Below, piece by piece: positions 9,839-20,976 of a DNA stretch of 38,464 bases; the first letter of the stretch is position 1; the number at the start of each line of letters is the position of its first letter. The DNA comes from Bacteriovoracaceae bacterium (GTDB lineage Bacteria > Bdellovibrionota > Bacteriovoracia > Bacteriovoracales > Bacteriovoracaceae). Both the position numbers and the translations under genes were made by a program. The stretch covers positions 1 to 38,464 of the forward strand of contig JBMYPC010000011.1 in assembly GCA_049599895.1 (NCBI GenBank). The letters are read 5' to 3'. Below the pieces are notes generated by a model. The model was given only the letters and a program-made list of their open reading frames with translations, did no database searches and was not told the origin of the DNA.

Positions 9839-10633
9839 TTACAGTGAAGACACTGTGTTTTTCGTTCTATACTTCTTTAAGAATGGTCCAAAACCTTCTT
9901 CGCCCATCCAATACTTAATCATTCCAGTCACACCGTTACAGGTAAGAGTTGCTCCTGAAAGACCATCAATTTTGTATTCTTTATTGGCAGTATTATCTGT
10001 GACACTTCCTTTAATAACAGAAAGGATAGGGTTAAAGCTTTCGTCATAAACTCTTTTGCCTTTCCACGAAGCTTGCCACTGGGCATTCTCAATCTCTCCT
10101 CCAAGACCAGGAGTTTCACCATGCTGATAGAACCCAATCCCTTCGACAGTTGTTGTGTCTGTTGAAAGAACAAGAAAACCATACATCGTCGACCAAAGAC
10201 CCTTTCCATACATCGGAAGAATAATCTGCTTTACAGTTTCTCCTTCTTTAATAAAGAAAACCTTTGAAAATCGCTCCCTTTTTTTAATTGAAGCATAGTC
10301 TTTCTCAGAAGGAATTTTTGTATTGAGTTTAGGATCAGAAGCCGCAGACATTTGATCGTAATTATCTGGGTTCATCTCTGTGTTGTACTGACCAGTTGAA
10401 AGATCAACGATCTTAGTTTCAACAACTGAGAAGGCTCTTTCAATTTCTTCTTTGCTTGCTGATTTATTCTCAAGTAGTCCGGCACTAAGAAGAAGATTCT
10501 TTTTCACATCAAGTTTTTTATTTTGTTCTTGTAAAGGCTTCAAAGAAACCGCTGATGTCGAAACCATTACTGAACAAAAAATACAAAGAACTCCAGCGAC
10601 AATAATTGTCCCTAACGTACTATCCTTTTGCAT
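9839..10633 (-). CDS. nqrC: Na+-NQR subunit C
   Basis: [31 protein letters not shown] (FMN-threonine motif). Confidence 0.97.
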   Translation of the reverse strand: MQKDSTLGTIIVAGVLCIFCSVMVSTSAVSLKPLQEQNKKLDVKKNLLLSAGLLENKSASKEEIERAFSVVETKIVDLSTGQYNTEMNPDNYDQMSAASDPKLNTKIPSEKDYASIKKRERFSKVFFIKEGETVKQIILPMYGKGLWSTMYGFLVLSTDTTTVEGIGFYQHGETPGLGGEIENAQWQASWKGKRVYDESFNPILSVIKGSVTDNTANKEYKIDGLSGATLTCNGVTGMIKYWMGEEGFGPFLKKYRTKNTVSSL

Positions 10634-11825
10634 TTCTAAGCTCCCTTCTTTTTACGTTTGCATCCACAACAAAATAATCAATAAGCGGTGCAAAAGTATT
10701 GGCAAATAAAATTGCTAGCATAATCCCCTCAGGGAAAGCTGGGTTAATAACTCTTACAAGAACCGTCATGACTCCAATGAGGGCCCCATAAAACCACTGA
10801 CCTTTTAAGGTCATTGCTGAAGTCACTGGATCCGTGGCCATAAAGACCATACCAAAAGCAAAACCACCAAGAACCAGGTGCCAAGCAGGGCTTACCATGA
10901 ACATTGGGTTCGTTTCTGATCCCACCATATTAAGAAATAATGAAAAGACGATCATTCCAAGAAGAAGACTTACCATCGTTCTCCAAGACCCAATTCCAGT
11001 TGCCACAAGATACCCTGCACCTAAAAGACAAGCGAGAGTTGAAGTCTCACCCATTGAACCAGGCATTAGCCCAAAGAAAGCTTCCCACCAGGTCCAAGAA
11101 ACGGCATCAATTCCACCAAGAGCGGCTTGTCCTAAAGCTGTCGCTCCTGTGTAGCCATCAACTGCGTACCAAACCGCGTCCCCTGAAATTTGAGCAGGAT
11201 AAGCAAAGTATAAATAGGCTCTTGATAAAAGAGCGATATTAAGAAAGTTCTTCCCAGTTCCACCAAAAATCTCTTTTCCGACAACAACACCAAAAGAGAT
11301 TCCCACAGCAACCTGCCAAAGAGGAATTGTTGGAGGGAGAATTAAAGGAAAAAGAAGTCCCGTAACCATGAACCCTTCGTTCACTTCGTGCTTACGGATG
11401 GTTGCAAAAAGGACTTCCCAAAAACCACCAACAACATTTGCCACGATAAAGATTGGAACAAAATAAATAGCCCCAAGGATAACGTTTGCAAAAATGTTCG
11501 CTGGATCGTGAATAAGTCCGAAGGCAGCAAATAGAGTTCCTCGCCAACCGTCAATCGCTGCTCCTCCGTTAGCAATAACAGAGTTTGCTTGATACCCAGT
11601 ATTGTAAAGAGCCCACAGGATACATGGCATGAGGGCCATGGCGACAGTTACCATCATTCTTTTAAGATCAAGTCCATCTCTTAAGTGAGTAGAACCTTTA
11701 GTGACAGATGAAGGTGTGTAAACGAAAGTATCAAGTGCTTCATAAAGTGGGTAAAACTTTTCGAATTTCCCACCATGTTCAAAATGCTTTTCTTGCTTAT
11801 CTAAAAAATCTCTTAAAAATTGCAT
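10620..11825 (-). CDS. nqrB: Na+-NQR subunit B
   Basis: [31 protein letters not shown] (FMN site), FMATDPVT; start placed at ATG 11825 just after the nqrA stop. Confidence 0.97.
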   Translation of the reverse strand: MQFLRDFLDKQEKHFEHGGKFEKFYPLYEALDTFVYTPSSVTKGSTHLRDGLDLKRMMVTVAMALMPCILWALYNTGYQANSVIANGGAAIDGWRGTLFAAFGLIHDPANIFANVILGAIYFVPIFIVANVVGGFWEVLFATIRKHEVNEGFMVTGLLFPLILPPTIPLWQVAVGISFGVVVGKEIFGGTGKNFLNIALLSRAYLYFAYPAQISGDAVWYAVDGYTGATALGQAALGGIDAVSWTWWEAFFGLMPGSMGETSTLACLLGAGYLVATGIGSWRTMVSLLLGMIVFSLFLNMVGSETNPMFMVSPAWHLVLGGFAFGMVFMATDPVTSAMTLKGQWFYGALIGVMTVLVRVINPAFPEGIMLAILFANTFAPLIDYFVVDANVKRRELRNAKG

Positions 11826-11829
11826 GAGC

Positions 11830-13173
11830 TTAACCTTCCTTTTCAATCAATGTGAGATTTTCTCTTAAAATCGGTCCGTAATCAGTTTTTCCAGGGCAAA
11901 CATAAGTACAAAGAGCGAGATCTTCTTCATCAAGCTCAAGACAACCAAGGGCCTGAGCTGATTCAGTATCGTTAGTGATCAGTGCTCTTAAAAGTTGAGT
12001 TGGAAGAATATCAAGAGGCATAACCTGCTCAAAGTTTCCAACCGGAACCATAGCTCTTGGAGAACCGTTAGTTGTTGTATTGAAATTGAACAGCTTATTA
12101 GGGATCAATTTTGAGAGGTAGATACTCTTCACAGAGAACTTATCAAGTCCTGGTGAATGCCATCCTAACAACTCTCTTGCCCCACCCTCTGGGATAATTG
12201 TGACTTGAGTGTGAAACTTTCCAAGATAAGGATATTCCTCGCTGGCAGTTCGTCCTGCTAAAACAGAACCTGAAATCATTCTGAAACTTCCTTCATGAAG
12301 TTCTCCACTAAGGGCTTCATGAAGATTGGCCCCAAGCTTAACTTTAACAAGTCTTGGCTTTTTTGCTCCAGTTCCAGAGATTGCAATCACTCGATCCGTC
12401 CAGATCTTTCCTGTACTTGCAACTGCACCAATTGAAATCACATCTTGGTAACCAATATGCCAAACCGTTTTATTAGCACTTACAGGGTCAAGAAAATGAA
12501 TATGTGTTCCAACGTTTCCAGCTGGATGCACACCCTCAAACTCTTCCAATTGAATTTGCTCATCAGAGCGAACTTCAATATCAGAAAGTTTCTCACGGCA
12601 AACGAAAACTTTCCCCTCAGTTAACTTCTTAAGAAGCTTGATGCCGAGTTGAAAATATTCGCTATAACCTTTGATCACAACCGCAGGATCAGCTGCCAAT
12701 GGGTTTGTATCAATACAAGTAACAAAAATAGAATGAGGAGTTGAACCCACTTCAGGGGCTTTTGAAAAAGGTCTTGTTCGAAAAGAAGGCCATAGACCAG
12801 AATCGATAAGAAGCTTTGTGAGCTCTTCAGTTGTGTAGTCTTCAGGGTTTTTACTGATGTAAGAATCGTAGCTATGAAATTCATTGCTCTGATCTTTTTC
12901 AATCACTAAGTTTTGAAAAACCCTTCTCTCACCTCTTTGAATTTTTACAACTTTTCCAGATGCCGGTGCTGTGTAAAGAACACCTTCAACTTTTTTACAT
13001 GAGAAAACCGGCTGACCAGCTTTAACTGTATCGCCTTCTTTCACAAGCATGGTTGGCTTCATTCCAATATAGTCCTGTCCAACGACAGCAACATGCTTTG
13101 AATCAAGAACATCTTCTAAGAACTGCTCTGGTACACCTTTAATGGGTAAGTCGAGACCTTTTTTAATTCGCAC
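11830..13173 (-). CDS. nqrA: Na+-NQR subunit A
   Basis: [52 protein letters not shown] 7 nt before GTG 13173. Confidence 0.97.
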   Translation of the reverse strand: MRIKKGLDLPIKGVPEQFLEDVLDSKHVAVVGQDYIGMKPTMLVKEGDTVKAGQPVFSCKKVEGVLYTAPASGKVVKIQRGERRVFQNLVIEKDQSNEFHSYDSYISKNPEDYTTEELTKLLIDSGLWPSFRTRPFSKAPEVGSTPHSIFVTCIDTNPLAADPAVVIKGYSEYFQLGIKLLKKLTEGKVFVCREKLSDIEVRSDEQIQLEEFEGVHPAGNVGTHIHFLDPVSANKTVWHIGYQDVISIGAVASTGKIWTDRVIAISGTGAKKPRLVKVKLGANLHEALSGELHEGSFRMISGSVLAGRTASEEYPYLGKFHTQVTIIPEGGARELLGWHSPGLDKFSVKSIYLSKLIPNKLFNFNTTTNGSPRAMVPVGNFEQVMPLDILPTQLLRALITNDTESAQALGCLELDEEDLALCTYVCPGKTDYGPILRENLTLIEKEG

Positions 13174-13236
13174 GATTGCGCCTCCGATCAATTAATGTCT
13201 TGGGTAAATCACTTACTCTTTTATTTTGATTTAAAT

Positions 13237-13263
13237 ATATCGGAATACTTTTATCAAATTTGA
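13237..13263 (-). promoter_or_regulatory. Sigma28 (FliA)-like promoter upstream of nqrA
   Basis: Minus strand TCAA-N15-TCCGATAT versus consensus TAAA-N15-GCCGATAA. Confidence 0.4.
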
Positions 13264-13300
13264 ACCTAGTTGTAACCTAAATAAAGAGAATTCTTAGGCT

Positions 13301-13939
13301 TTAAGGAAAGCGAAACAGCTCATCACAAAATGAGCTTGTCTCGTAGCGAAAAAACTTTTTACTTTCGAGTAAGCGAAAGCCAACAAAGGTCCAATCTTTA
13401 GAAAGGTGCAACATGTAATCTTCGTAGCTTCTTCGAATGGCAAAGCTGTCTACGAAGTCATGATCATTAAGCTGTCTCGAGTATTCGTTTACTGTCGGCA
13501 CTGAGAAATAAAGAAAACGACAAACTTTTGACAGACGCTTTGAAACCCCTTCAAGGTCTTCATCTGGCAAATATTGAAACACAGAGTTACAAATTCCAAG
13601 GTCATATTTTACGCTCTGCTTTCTTTGGCACCACTTCTGCAAAGTTTCGTTATAAAGTGTGTAATTAACTCTCCCCCTCATCCACTTTGACTTTGAAACT
13701 CGTAAAAAAGCCTCTTTTGACGGCTCAACTCCAGCAAGTTCAATGGGTCTAAACTTTTTTTCAAAGCTTTTAAGGAGATAACCTAAGCCGAATCCGAGAT
13801 CGACAATTGAATTAACAGCAATCCCCTGAAGATCAAAAAGACTTTTTACATATTGAGCATGTCCCTTAGCGTTGGCGACACCATCCATTTCATCAAGATC
13901 ACAATAGTTTTGTTTCCAATACTCTTCTTTAAACTTCAT
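13301..13939 (-). CDS. Class I SAM-dependent methyltransferase
   Basis: IVDLGFGLG motif I, GVEPS, YDLGICNSVFQYL. Confidence 0.85.
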   Translation of the reverse strand: MKFKEEYWKQNYCDLDEMDGVANAKGHAQYVKSLFDLQGIAVNSIVDLGFGLGYLLKSFEKKFRPIELAGVEPSKEAFLRVSKSKWMRGRVNYTLYNETLQKWCQRKQSVKYDLGICNSVFQYLPDEDLEGVSKRLSKVCRFLYFSVPTVNEYSRQLNDHDFVDSFAIRRSYEDYMLHLSKDWTFVGFRLLESKKFFRYETSSFCDELFRFP

Positions 13940-15260
13940 ATTTAAAATCTCGGCTCAGGCCTTGCCAAAAAAACCATCCCGAACAAAATCGATAAAGACC
14001 TAATAAGCTTAAGCCTATCCATAACAGACTCAGATTAAAACCATTTATTGTGCCATAGATTTGAATTGGCACAATTGTAAGGAAGAACCCTATCGCCATA
14101 TGCTTTTTTAAATATGAAAATGCTCCAGCACCAAATAAAAAACCATCCATTAAGTAGCTAGGCCCTAGAAAGACTTGTGAAAGAGAAAGAATCGGCCAGG
14201 ACCAAACTAAGAGATCTCCAAACTTGACATCACGACTAAAAACTAAAACAAGTTCTTGTCTGCCAAAATAATAGACAAGCCCTAAAACAGAGCTTGTCGC
14301 CAGGGTAACAATAAAAAGCCTTTTAAAAATCAGCTTTAAATAAGAATAGTTTTTTAATACCAAGGCATCAGCAACTAAGATCGTTGCCGTCATGGCAAGG
14401 CCATCAATAAAATAGGAACTCAATAACCACACTTGAAGCCCAATATGAAAGGCTGCTAATTCATCTGCACCAAGAGACGCTGCTGAGCGAGTCATAAGAT
14501 AAAATGAAAAAGTGAGAAAGGCTGTTCTCACAAACATATTAAAGCCATCTTTTCCTATCGAAAGAAGCTCTCCTTTTTCTTTGAGCACATTGGTGAGTTC
14601 AAGTTTCACTGTTGTCGCCACTTTTCTCCAGATCGCAACTCCTACCGAACCAAGGACGTAACTCAACAATGTCCCATAGGCCACTCCTGTAATAGAGAGT
14701 TCAAAAACATAGACGAACAACCAGGACAAAAAGACGTTTAAAACTGTCACAAGGGCAAAGCTTATAAGGGCCAACTTTACCTTTTTCATGCCTCTTTGCA
14801 GGCTTAAATGAACTGTAAAAAAAAGACTCATCGGAATCGCAAGGGCCCTCATGAGTAAATAGTCTTTCGTCTCATTAAAAAGTGCTATCGGAGTGTTTGA
14901 GATCTTCAAAAGACTTTCATGAAAGAGAAAAAGAACAATTGTAATAAATGGCCCTAAAACTAAGGCCAAGAATGTTGCACTTGAAAAACTTTTATTAAGC
15001 CTTTGCCAGTTCTTTTCAGCGATCAATCCAGAGAATTTCTGAGTGGGAACATGAACGAGGAAATTAAAAATCCAGGCACAGGAACTAACAATCATCGCTC
15101 CTATTCCTAATGCGCCCAGGACGTGGGGTTCTTTATGACCTATTAAAGCTGTATCAACAACTCCCGAGAGAGGTTCAATTAATGTTGTAAAAATTGAGGG
15201 CAATGAAAAAAGAAGAATCTCTTTATAAGATTTTGGAGATGACTCAATTTCTTTTTTCAT
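13929..15260 (-). CDS. MATE family efflux transporter (DinF-like)
   Basis: About 12 TM segments, EPLSGVVDTALIGH, two-fold internal repeat, LAAFHIGLQVW. Confidence 0.9.
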   Translation of the reverse strand: MKKEIESSPKSYKEILLFSLPSIFTTLIEPLSGVVDTALIGHKEPHVLGALGIGAMIVSSCAWIFNFLVHVPTQKFSGLIAEKNWQRLNKSFSSATFLALVLGPFITIVLFLFHESLLKISNTPIALFNETKDYLLMRALAIPMSLFFTVHLSLQRGMKKVKLALISFALVTVLNVFLSWLFVYVFELSITGVAYGTLLSYVLGSVGVAIWRKVATTVKLELTNVLKEKGELLSIGKDGFNMFVRTAFLTFSFYLMTRSAASLGADELAAFHIGLQVWLLSSYFIDGLAMTATILVADALVLKNYSYLKLIFKRLFIVTLATSSVLGLVYYFGRQELVLVFSRDVKFGDLLVWSWPILSLSQVFLGPSYLMDGFLFGAGAFSYLKKHMAIGFFLTIVPIQIYGTINGFNLSLLWIGLSLLGLYRFCSGWFFWQGLSRDFKYEV

Positions 15261-15311
15261 TAAACCCTAAAACTCTTTTGGTTCTCTCGTTGATACCTAA
15301 GTGAGATTTTT

Positions 15312-15659
15312 TTATTGGTTAATAACGACGTGAGCGGCAGTATAACCAAGAATGAGAATAAAAAGCCAAGCAAGTGTTCGCTTTGAACCAACTCTTTTAT
15401 TAAGAACAGGAGTTAAAATTGCGATGATGGCCCAGATTACAATTTTAATCCAAACCCATGCAGGGAATCCCTCGCCATGATTGACCCCAATTCTGGCCAG
15501 AAGCCCCATCCCACCAACAAGAATGAAAAATGAGAGAACCCCAGCAAGAATTTTGATCCACTTGGCCTTAGCGTCTCCTAGAAATTGAGCTCCAACCAGA
15601 GAGAAAAAGCCAATGATGGCGATAATATGAAAAAATTTATAAAACTCGTAACTTAACAT
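15312..15659 (-). CDS. Small 4-TM membrane protein
   Basis: Four hydrophobic segments; AGGAG RBS. Confidence 0.75.
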   Translation of the reverse strand: MLSYEFYKFFHIIAIIGFFSLVGAQFLGDAKAKWIKILAGVLSFFILVGGMGLLARIGVNHGEGFPAWVWIKIVIWAIIAILTPVLNKRVGSKRTLAWLFILILGYTAAHVVINQ

Positions 15660-15676
15660 TATTGTCTCCTATACTT

Positions 15677-16306
15677 TTATTTTCTTTGAATAACATCTTC
15701 AGTTGCATAGCGGACCTTGGCCGCAGTTGCATACTTATCAGTCTCCGCTCTAAAGCCAAGACAACATGCGACTGCCGTTTTGAGTCCTTGCTCTTTTAAC
15801 CCTAAGATTTCATCGTATTGATCAGGAACGATTCCTTCCATTGGGCAAGTATCAACACCCATAAGGGCCGCAAGGCTCATTAAACTTCCAAGTGCGATAT
15901 AAGCTTGTTTTTGCATCCAAGCAAGTTGAACCTCTGGAGATTGTGATCCAGTAAAGCCTTTCATCACTTTTGCATATCCCTCTAAGCTTTCAACTTCTGC
16001 ATTTCGAACTTGGGCGGTGGTATTAACAAGTTTATCAATCATTTCATCAGTGACTGACTCAGGAGTTGTAAACACAACCAGATGTGAACATTGCTCAATT
16101 TGTCCTTGGTTCCAAGAAGCTCCCTTAAGCTTTGTTTTTAATTCTTGATCGCTGACGATCACAAATTTCCAGAGCTGCAATCCAAAAGATGAAGGAGTGA
16201 GCCTTAGACTCTCTTCTAAAGTCTTAATTTGTGGGTCATCAAGTTTTTTACTTGAATCAAACTCTTTGACAGCATAACGCCAATTCAAACTTTCAATAAT
16301 GTCCAT
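15677..16306 (-). CDS. NAD(P)H-dependent nitroreductase (NfsB-like)
   Basis: WRYAVKEFD, LTPSSFGLQLW, DTCPMEG, KVRY. Confidence 0.92.
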   Translation of the reverse strand: MDIIESLNWRYAVKEFDSSKKLDDPQIKTLEESLRLTPSSFGLQLWKFVIVSDQELKTKLKGASWNQGQIEQCSHLVVFTTPESVTDEMIDKLVNTTAQVRNAEVESLEGYAKVMKGFTGSQSPEVQLAWMQKQAYIALGSLMSLAALMGVDTCPMEGIVPDQYDEILGLKEQGLKTAVACCLGFRAETDKYATAAKVRYATEDVIQRK

Positions 16307-16503
16307 AGTTCCTCACTTCTCTAGTTAATAGATCTTCATATCTGAGTAAATTGATTATTTTAAAAATCAATCTACTTGAAACTACTGTAATCCGCCAAAG
16401 AAAAGTCCTAATATTTGCTCTATCTTATGAAAATTCAGGCCCCTTGAAGGACGACATTACGCTTTGCACACACAGAAAGTCGGTTTTCCGCTATAATAGT
16501 CCT

Positions 16504-17250
16504 ATGCTGACTCTTCCAACATTTGAAACCAACTCTTATAAAATTTATCGCGGGGCTTACACCTATCTTAAAGGAACAAGTATCTACTCTGAAGAAACCT
16601 TTGAAGTCTTTCGCGAAAGAAAAGATATGTCGATTCATTTTGTTTCAGAACTGAATACTCGTGTTTCGACGGGAGAGCTTCTGAATATTAAAGTGAATTA
16701 TTTCGTCAATAAAGATTTTATTCCCCTCAGAGTTCTCATTGATAAAAAGCTTGGATCAGAACACGTCGCCGAATACTATGTTTATGAAAAAAGAAACGAC
16801 AAAATCATTTATGAATTTATTGATAGCGTGGGAACAACAACAAAAGAGCTTGCGACTCCGCCAAAGTTTCACATCACTACGCCAACAGTATCAACTAGCA
16901 CGGCATTTTTAAGATCAAAGAAATTTGATGGAAATGGGCTTAACCACTTTACTGTCTGGACCAGTCAAAACCAATGGAGTTATCAAACAGAGCCTACCAC
17001 AAAGAATATTCATGCCAAACGAATGAACACCGCGCATGAAAATATCATGATTGAGGGTCATAATGTTCAGGCCGTGCATTATCGAATATTTGAATTTCAA
17101 GAAGACTTTAATGACGGAGACGTGGACACACAACCCTACGTCAACATTTACCTCAGTAAATATGCTGGGATTCCCTACACTTTGAGAAGTGACGCTGATG
17201 GCACAAAAATTCAGATTAAGTATTTTAACAGTCTTGATGATCACACTTAG
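16504..17250 (+). CDS. Hypothetical protein (beta-rich, cytoplasmic)
   Basis: Long ORF; TATAAT (16492-16497) 6 nt before ATG 16504 argues for this start rather than TTG 16351. Confidence 0.75.
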   Translation: MLTLPTFETNSYKIYRGAYTYLKGTSIYSEETFEVFRERKDMSIHFVSELNTRVSTGELLNIKVNYFVNKDFIPLRVLIDKKLGSEHVAEYYVYEKRNDKIIYEFIDSVGTTTKELATPPKFHITTPTVSTSTAFLRSKKFDGNGLNHFTVWTSQNQWSYQTEPTTKNIHAKRMNTAHENIMIEGHNVQAVHYRIFEFQEDFNDGDVDTQPYVNIYLSKYAGIPYTLRSDADGTKIQIKYFNSLDDHT

Positions 17251-20140
17251 ATAAAATAAATTCCGTGATATTTTCTACAGCCAAGTCCGCATTTTCTCGT
17301 TTGAGATCATAAGGTTTCATAAGGTCAAAAAACTGACCAATGGTTCTCGACTTCCATCTTTTAATTCGAGAGTCTGCAATCAGAACTCCTCCATAATCAG
17401 TCTCTCTTCGAATAAGCCTTCCTAGTTTTTGATGGAGTGCTCTTGCTCGATGGGAAAGATAATAATCCTCAAATTCATTACCAAGATTGGCATCATAAAA
17501 GTCTCGCCTCTCTTTCACCACAAGATCCATGCGCATATCTGGAACCTTGTCGATAAAAACAAACTGAAGACTTTCGCCAGGTATATCAATTCCTTCTCCA
17601 AGAGATTCCATGCCGACAAGAATTCCATTTCCCGAAGCCTTAAATTCTTCAATGACATTTCGGCCCATTCCTTGAAAGAAAATGGGAAACCGTCCTTCAT
17701 ATTTTGAAAGGATTAATTCAAGGGCCTTTTCAAAACGTGTTCGTGCGGAAAAAAGAAGAAGAGTTTTTCCATCAATGGCCTCAATCACTTTTGAAATTTT
17801 AAGAATTGATTTTTCAACAAAGCTTGAGTCATGAAGATTCGGAAGGTCATCACAAAGATAGACTTTCGCTTGATTCTTATAATCAAAAATCGCAGGAAGA
17901 AATAACCCTGTTCTAAATCTTCTTTCAGGTTCAAGGTAGGTATAGCCTGTGGCCCATTCAACACCGCGAACGCCTCGATCCCCTAATGCATTGGCAAGAG
18001 TCGCAGAGGTGAAAACGACAGACTGGCTATTTTCGAGTAATCCGTCATGAATAATTCTTCCCACATCGACAGGGGCAGAACTTATCACAAATCCATCACC
18101 TTCTTTGAACAAAAAGGCATGAGCAAATCCCTCTTTTAAATCTAAGGCCGTCTCCATTGCCACAAGGGCATCGTTAATTGAGTTATAAAAAGAATCAAAC
18201 CTTGTATAAGCATTTAAAGCGGCTTCTTCTTTAAACTGAGAAGCTTCATAACGTGAATAATGAGTCAGAAGTTCTTGGACAAGTCCCTTTAAAACAAAGC
18301 GAATACTATCGAGATGATTGAGAATTGAGATTGCAAAGGGGTCTTGTTTTTCTTTGAGGTATTGAAAAGGTAACTCATTCCAATACTTATCAGTGTATTT
18401 AATTTTTGCTTTAAAAAGCCCTTCAACTTTTTCATCTAAAGGAGACAAATGATCCTTTAAGATTTTTGCAGACTCTAATGAGAATTTTCGAAGTTCATTG
18501 ATTTTAGGAGTCGACTGCCCTTCAAATTCCTCATTCTGAGCAAGTAGATAAAAAAGTGAGCCAATTCCTTGAGAATGACTTAATTGGCTTTCAATGAGAT
18601 TTAATTGCTTGTGGCTCACTTCAAGACTAAAAGATTTAGTCGCCTCATGTTCGGTTCGATGGGCCTCATCGACAATAATATTAAGTGGTCTTGGGATTCC
18701 TTTGGGCCATTGAAACATCAATGCATGATTACCAATAATGATTTGGCTTTCTCGGGCCTCCTTTAAGCCTTCGACATAAGAACAGCTATGCTTAAAAGGA
18801 CAACGAAAACCTGTGCAGGAACGAAAATCAACAGCCGTTTGAGAGTCCATGTCTCTAAAACTTGGAAACTTCATTTTAAGAACATGAGGAAGGGAGTCTC
18901 TTGTGATTTTAGTATTATAATCTCTTCGGTTGTTATGAAAAAACACAAGTTCAAAAAAGACTTTTGAGAACTGTGCCTCATAGGCCCTCTCTGAAAACAT
19001 ATCTTCTTTATCAAGAAGCTGCCTAAAAAGGGATTCGCATATATGGTTTGAAGAGCCAATTAATCTTGTGAACTTCACTTGATCATGATCTTTTCCCATA
19101 ATTTTTTTTAGAGCAGGAACGTCCTTTGAGATGGCCTGATTTTGCAAGGCCTTAGTCCCAGTTGCCACCAAAACCTGTTCGCCTTCATTTTTTGTATAAA
19201 GAGCTGCGGGTATCAGGTAACCAAGAGTTTTCCCTGTTCCTGTCGGGGCCTGAATCAAAGAGTGAATTTGATTTTTAAAACATTGCCCTACTTTTAATGA
19301 AAGCTGTTCCTGCGAACTTCGGTAATGATAACTCGAAAAGAGTTCTCGCATCTTATCTTCATCTTGATAGAGAGATTGGATACTTTTTCCATCAAACTGA
19401 AACTCTGAAAAATTGGTTTCTCTTGAAAGGTCTTCTTGAACCTCTGAGACTTTTTCCTCTTCACTGAATTGCCACTGACTGTCCCAATCCATTGGCGCGC
19501 CATCTTGATCAAGAATCTCTTTGATTCCCAAAATTTCACTTTCACTTAGCTCAATCCACTGTGCCCAAAAGTTTTTTTGCAGTCCATGGGTATAAAAAAG
19601 CGAGCGCATAATCTCAAAAAGCTCACGATCAGAAGAGATATAATTAAAACCGCAGATCATAACCTTTAAAAGGTCCACTGAATCTTGAAACCCTCTATGT
19701 TCTTCTTTCTCAGCAAGCTCAAAATCAACAATGAACGATTCGAGGCTAAGAGAGCTTCTGTCGGGAAAACACCAAGCGAGAAAATCAAGGGAGTCCACAA
19801 ACTCCACTTCTTCATCTATGTTTCTTCTAAAGAAATCACTTAAAAAAGATTCTTCAAACTTAGCGTTGTGAGCAATAATTTTATGTCCCGCAAGATCTTT
19901 AAGTTCCTCGCTTACCTCTTCCCAATCTGGGGCTTTATTCACCATAGACTGAGTAATTCCTGTAAGCTTTGTAATAAAAGAGCTAATGGGAACATCTGTA
20001 TGGATAAGACTTTGATACTTTCTAACCAGTTTTGCTCCTTCAAACTGAAGAAACCCAATATCAATAATCTTGTCCTTACCGGGATCAATCCCAGTAGTTT
20101 CAATATCTAAAACTGCCCATTTAATATCTTCAAATGACAT
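17225..20140 (-). CDS. dinG: DEDDh 3'-5' exonuclease fused to DinG-family Fe-S helicase
   Basis: N-terminal VLDIETTG / AHNAKFE / EHRGFQD; APTGTGKT, VDEAH, FTSATL, QKLGRLIRRETDYG; Cys cluster NHIC...CTGFRCPFKHSC. Confidence 0.9.
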   Translation of the reverse strand: MSFEDIKWAVLDIETTGIDPGKDKIIDIGFLQFEGAKLVRKYQSLIHTDVPISSFITKLTGITQSMVNKAPDWEEVSEELKDLAGHKIIAHNAKFEESFLSDFFRRNIDEEVEFVDSLDFLAWCFPDRSSLSLESFIVDFELAEKEEHRGFQDSVDLLKVMICGFNYISSDRELFEIMRSLFYTHGLQKNFWAQWIELSESEILGIKEILDQDGAPMDWDSQWQFSEEEKVSEVQEDLSRETNFSEFQFDGKSIQSLYQDEDKMRELFSSYHYRSSQEQLSLKVGQCFKNQIHSLIQAPTGTGKTLGYLIPAALYTKNEGEQVLVATGTKALQNQAISKDVPALKKIMGKDHDQVKFTRLIGSSNHICESLFRQLLDKEDMFSERAYEAQFSKVFFELVFFHNNRRDYNTKITRDSLPHVLKMKFPSFRDMDSQTAVDFRSCTGFRCPFKHSCSYVEGLKEARESQIIIGNHALMFQWPKGIPRPLNIIVDEAHRTEHEATKSFSLEVSHKQLNLIESQLSHSQGIGSLFYLLAQNEEFEGQSTPKINELRKFSLESAKILKDHLSPLDEKVEGLFKAKIKYTDKYWNELPFQYLKEKQDPFAISILNHLDSIRFVLKGLVQELLTHYSRYEASQFKEEAALNAYTRFDSFYNSINDALVAMETALDLKEGFAHAFLFKEGDGFVISSAPVDVGRIIHDGLLENSQSVVFTSATLANALGDRGVRGVEWATGYTYLEPERRFRTGLFLPAIFDYKNQAKVYLCDDLPNLHDSSFVEKSILKISKVIEAIDGKTLLLFSARTRFEKALELILSKYEGRFPIFFQGMGRNVIEEFKASGNGILVGMESLGEGIDIPGESLQFVFIDKVPDMRMDLVVKERRDFYDANLGNEFEDYYLSHRARALHQKLGRLIRRETDYGGVLIADSRIKRWKSRTIGQFFDLMKPYDLKRENADLAVENITEFILSKCDHQDC

Positions 20141-20290
20141 TTCTGACTCACTAAGGCTTTAAATTCATCGCTAAAGTTCAGCCTAATATAATTTTGGCCA
20201 TTCAAATTACGGTTTTCCTTGACTCTAATGCCCAGAATCCATAATTATAACTGCTCAACCTACAAAAATTAATTTAGGAATAGAGCCATC

Positions 20291-20677
20291 ATGCCTTTAT
20301 CGACGGTCATTTTTCAATCACAATCCCTTATTATCTTGATTCTTTTCTACATCGGGATTGCCAAAAGAAAGTCTAGGTCACTTCATGTGAAACTCATGAC
20401 CATTGGCATTATCTGGGATGTCTTGCTTGTCCTTCAAATTGAATTAACGAGAAGCGCAATAAACACCGCAAGCAAAGTCACAAGTAATAACTGGCTTATG
20501 AACTTTCATGTAACAATTGCGATCACGACAGTGGTTCTTTATTTTGTGCAAATCTACTTTGGACGAAAGCTCATGAAATCAAATGGGTCCGTCCGCCTCA
20601 AGCACAAGCTCATCGGCTACACGACAATCGTTTTACGAACTCTTGTCTTCTTTACAAGCTTCATCATTAAAAGCTAA
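20291..20677 (+). CDS. DUF420-like 4-TM membrane protein
   Basis: Four TM segments with His residues (LHVKLM, FHVTIA, KHKLIG) in a DUF420-like pattern. Confidence 0.6.
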   Translation: MPLSTVIFQSQSLIILILFYIGIAKRKSRSLHVKLMTIGIIWDVLLVLQIELTRSAINTASKVTSNNWLMNFHVTIAITTVVLYFVQIYFGRKLMKSNGSVRLKHKLIGYTTIVLRTLVFFTSFIIKS

Positions 20678-20712
20678 GTTAAGTCATAGAATTTTCACCT
20701 TTTGAGGCCTCT

Positions 20713-20973
20713 ATGGATTTTGAACAACTGAAAAGTTTAATTACCGCAACTATCAATGATGCTGAAGTCTTTATTACTGATTTAACAGGAACTAAAGACC
20801 ATCTTGGAATCACTATTGTCAGTGATGAGTTTAAAGACATCTCTCTCATTAAACAGCATCGAATAGTTATGGATATCTTAAAGCAGAAACTTTCTGAAGA
20901 CCTTCATGCTGTCCAATTGAAAACTCTCACTTTTGAAGCCGCAAGAACGGCTGGCTTAATTAAAGAAGGATAA
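20713..20973 (+). CDS. bolA: BolA/IbaG family protein
   Basis: DLTGTKDHL..IVSDEF...LIKQHRIV..LHAVQLKT; adjacent to grxD. Confidence 0.9.
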   Translation: MDFEQLKSLITATINDAEVFITDLTGTKDHLGITIVSDEFKDISLIKQHRIVMDILKQKLSEDLHAVQLKTLTFEAARTAGLIKEG

Positions 20974-20976
20974 ATT

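Noticed and set aside
16351..16503. TTG-started N-terminal extension of the 16351 ORF
   Set aside because: It covers the divergent promoter region; TATAAT directly precedes ATG 16504
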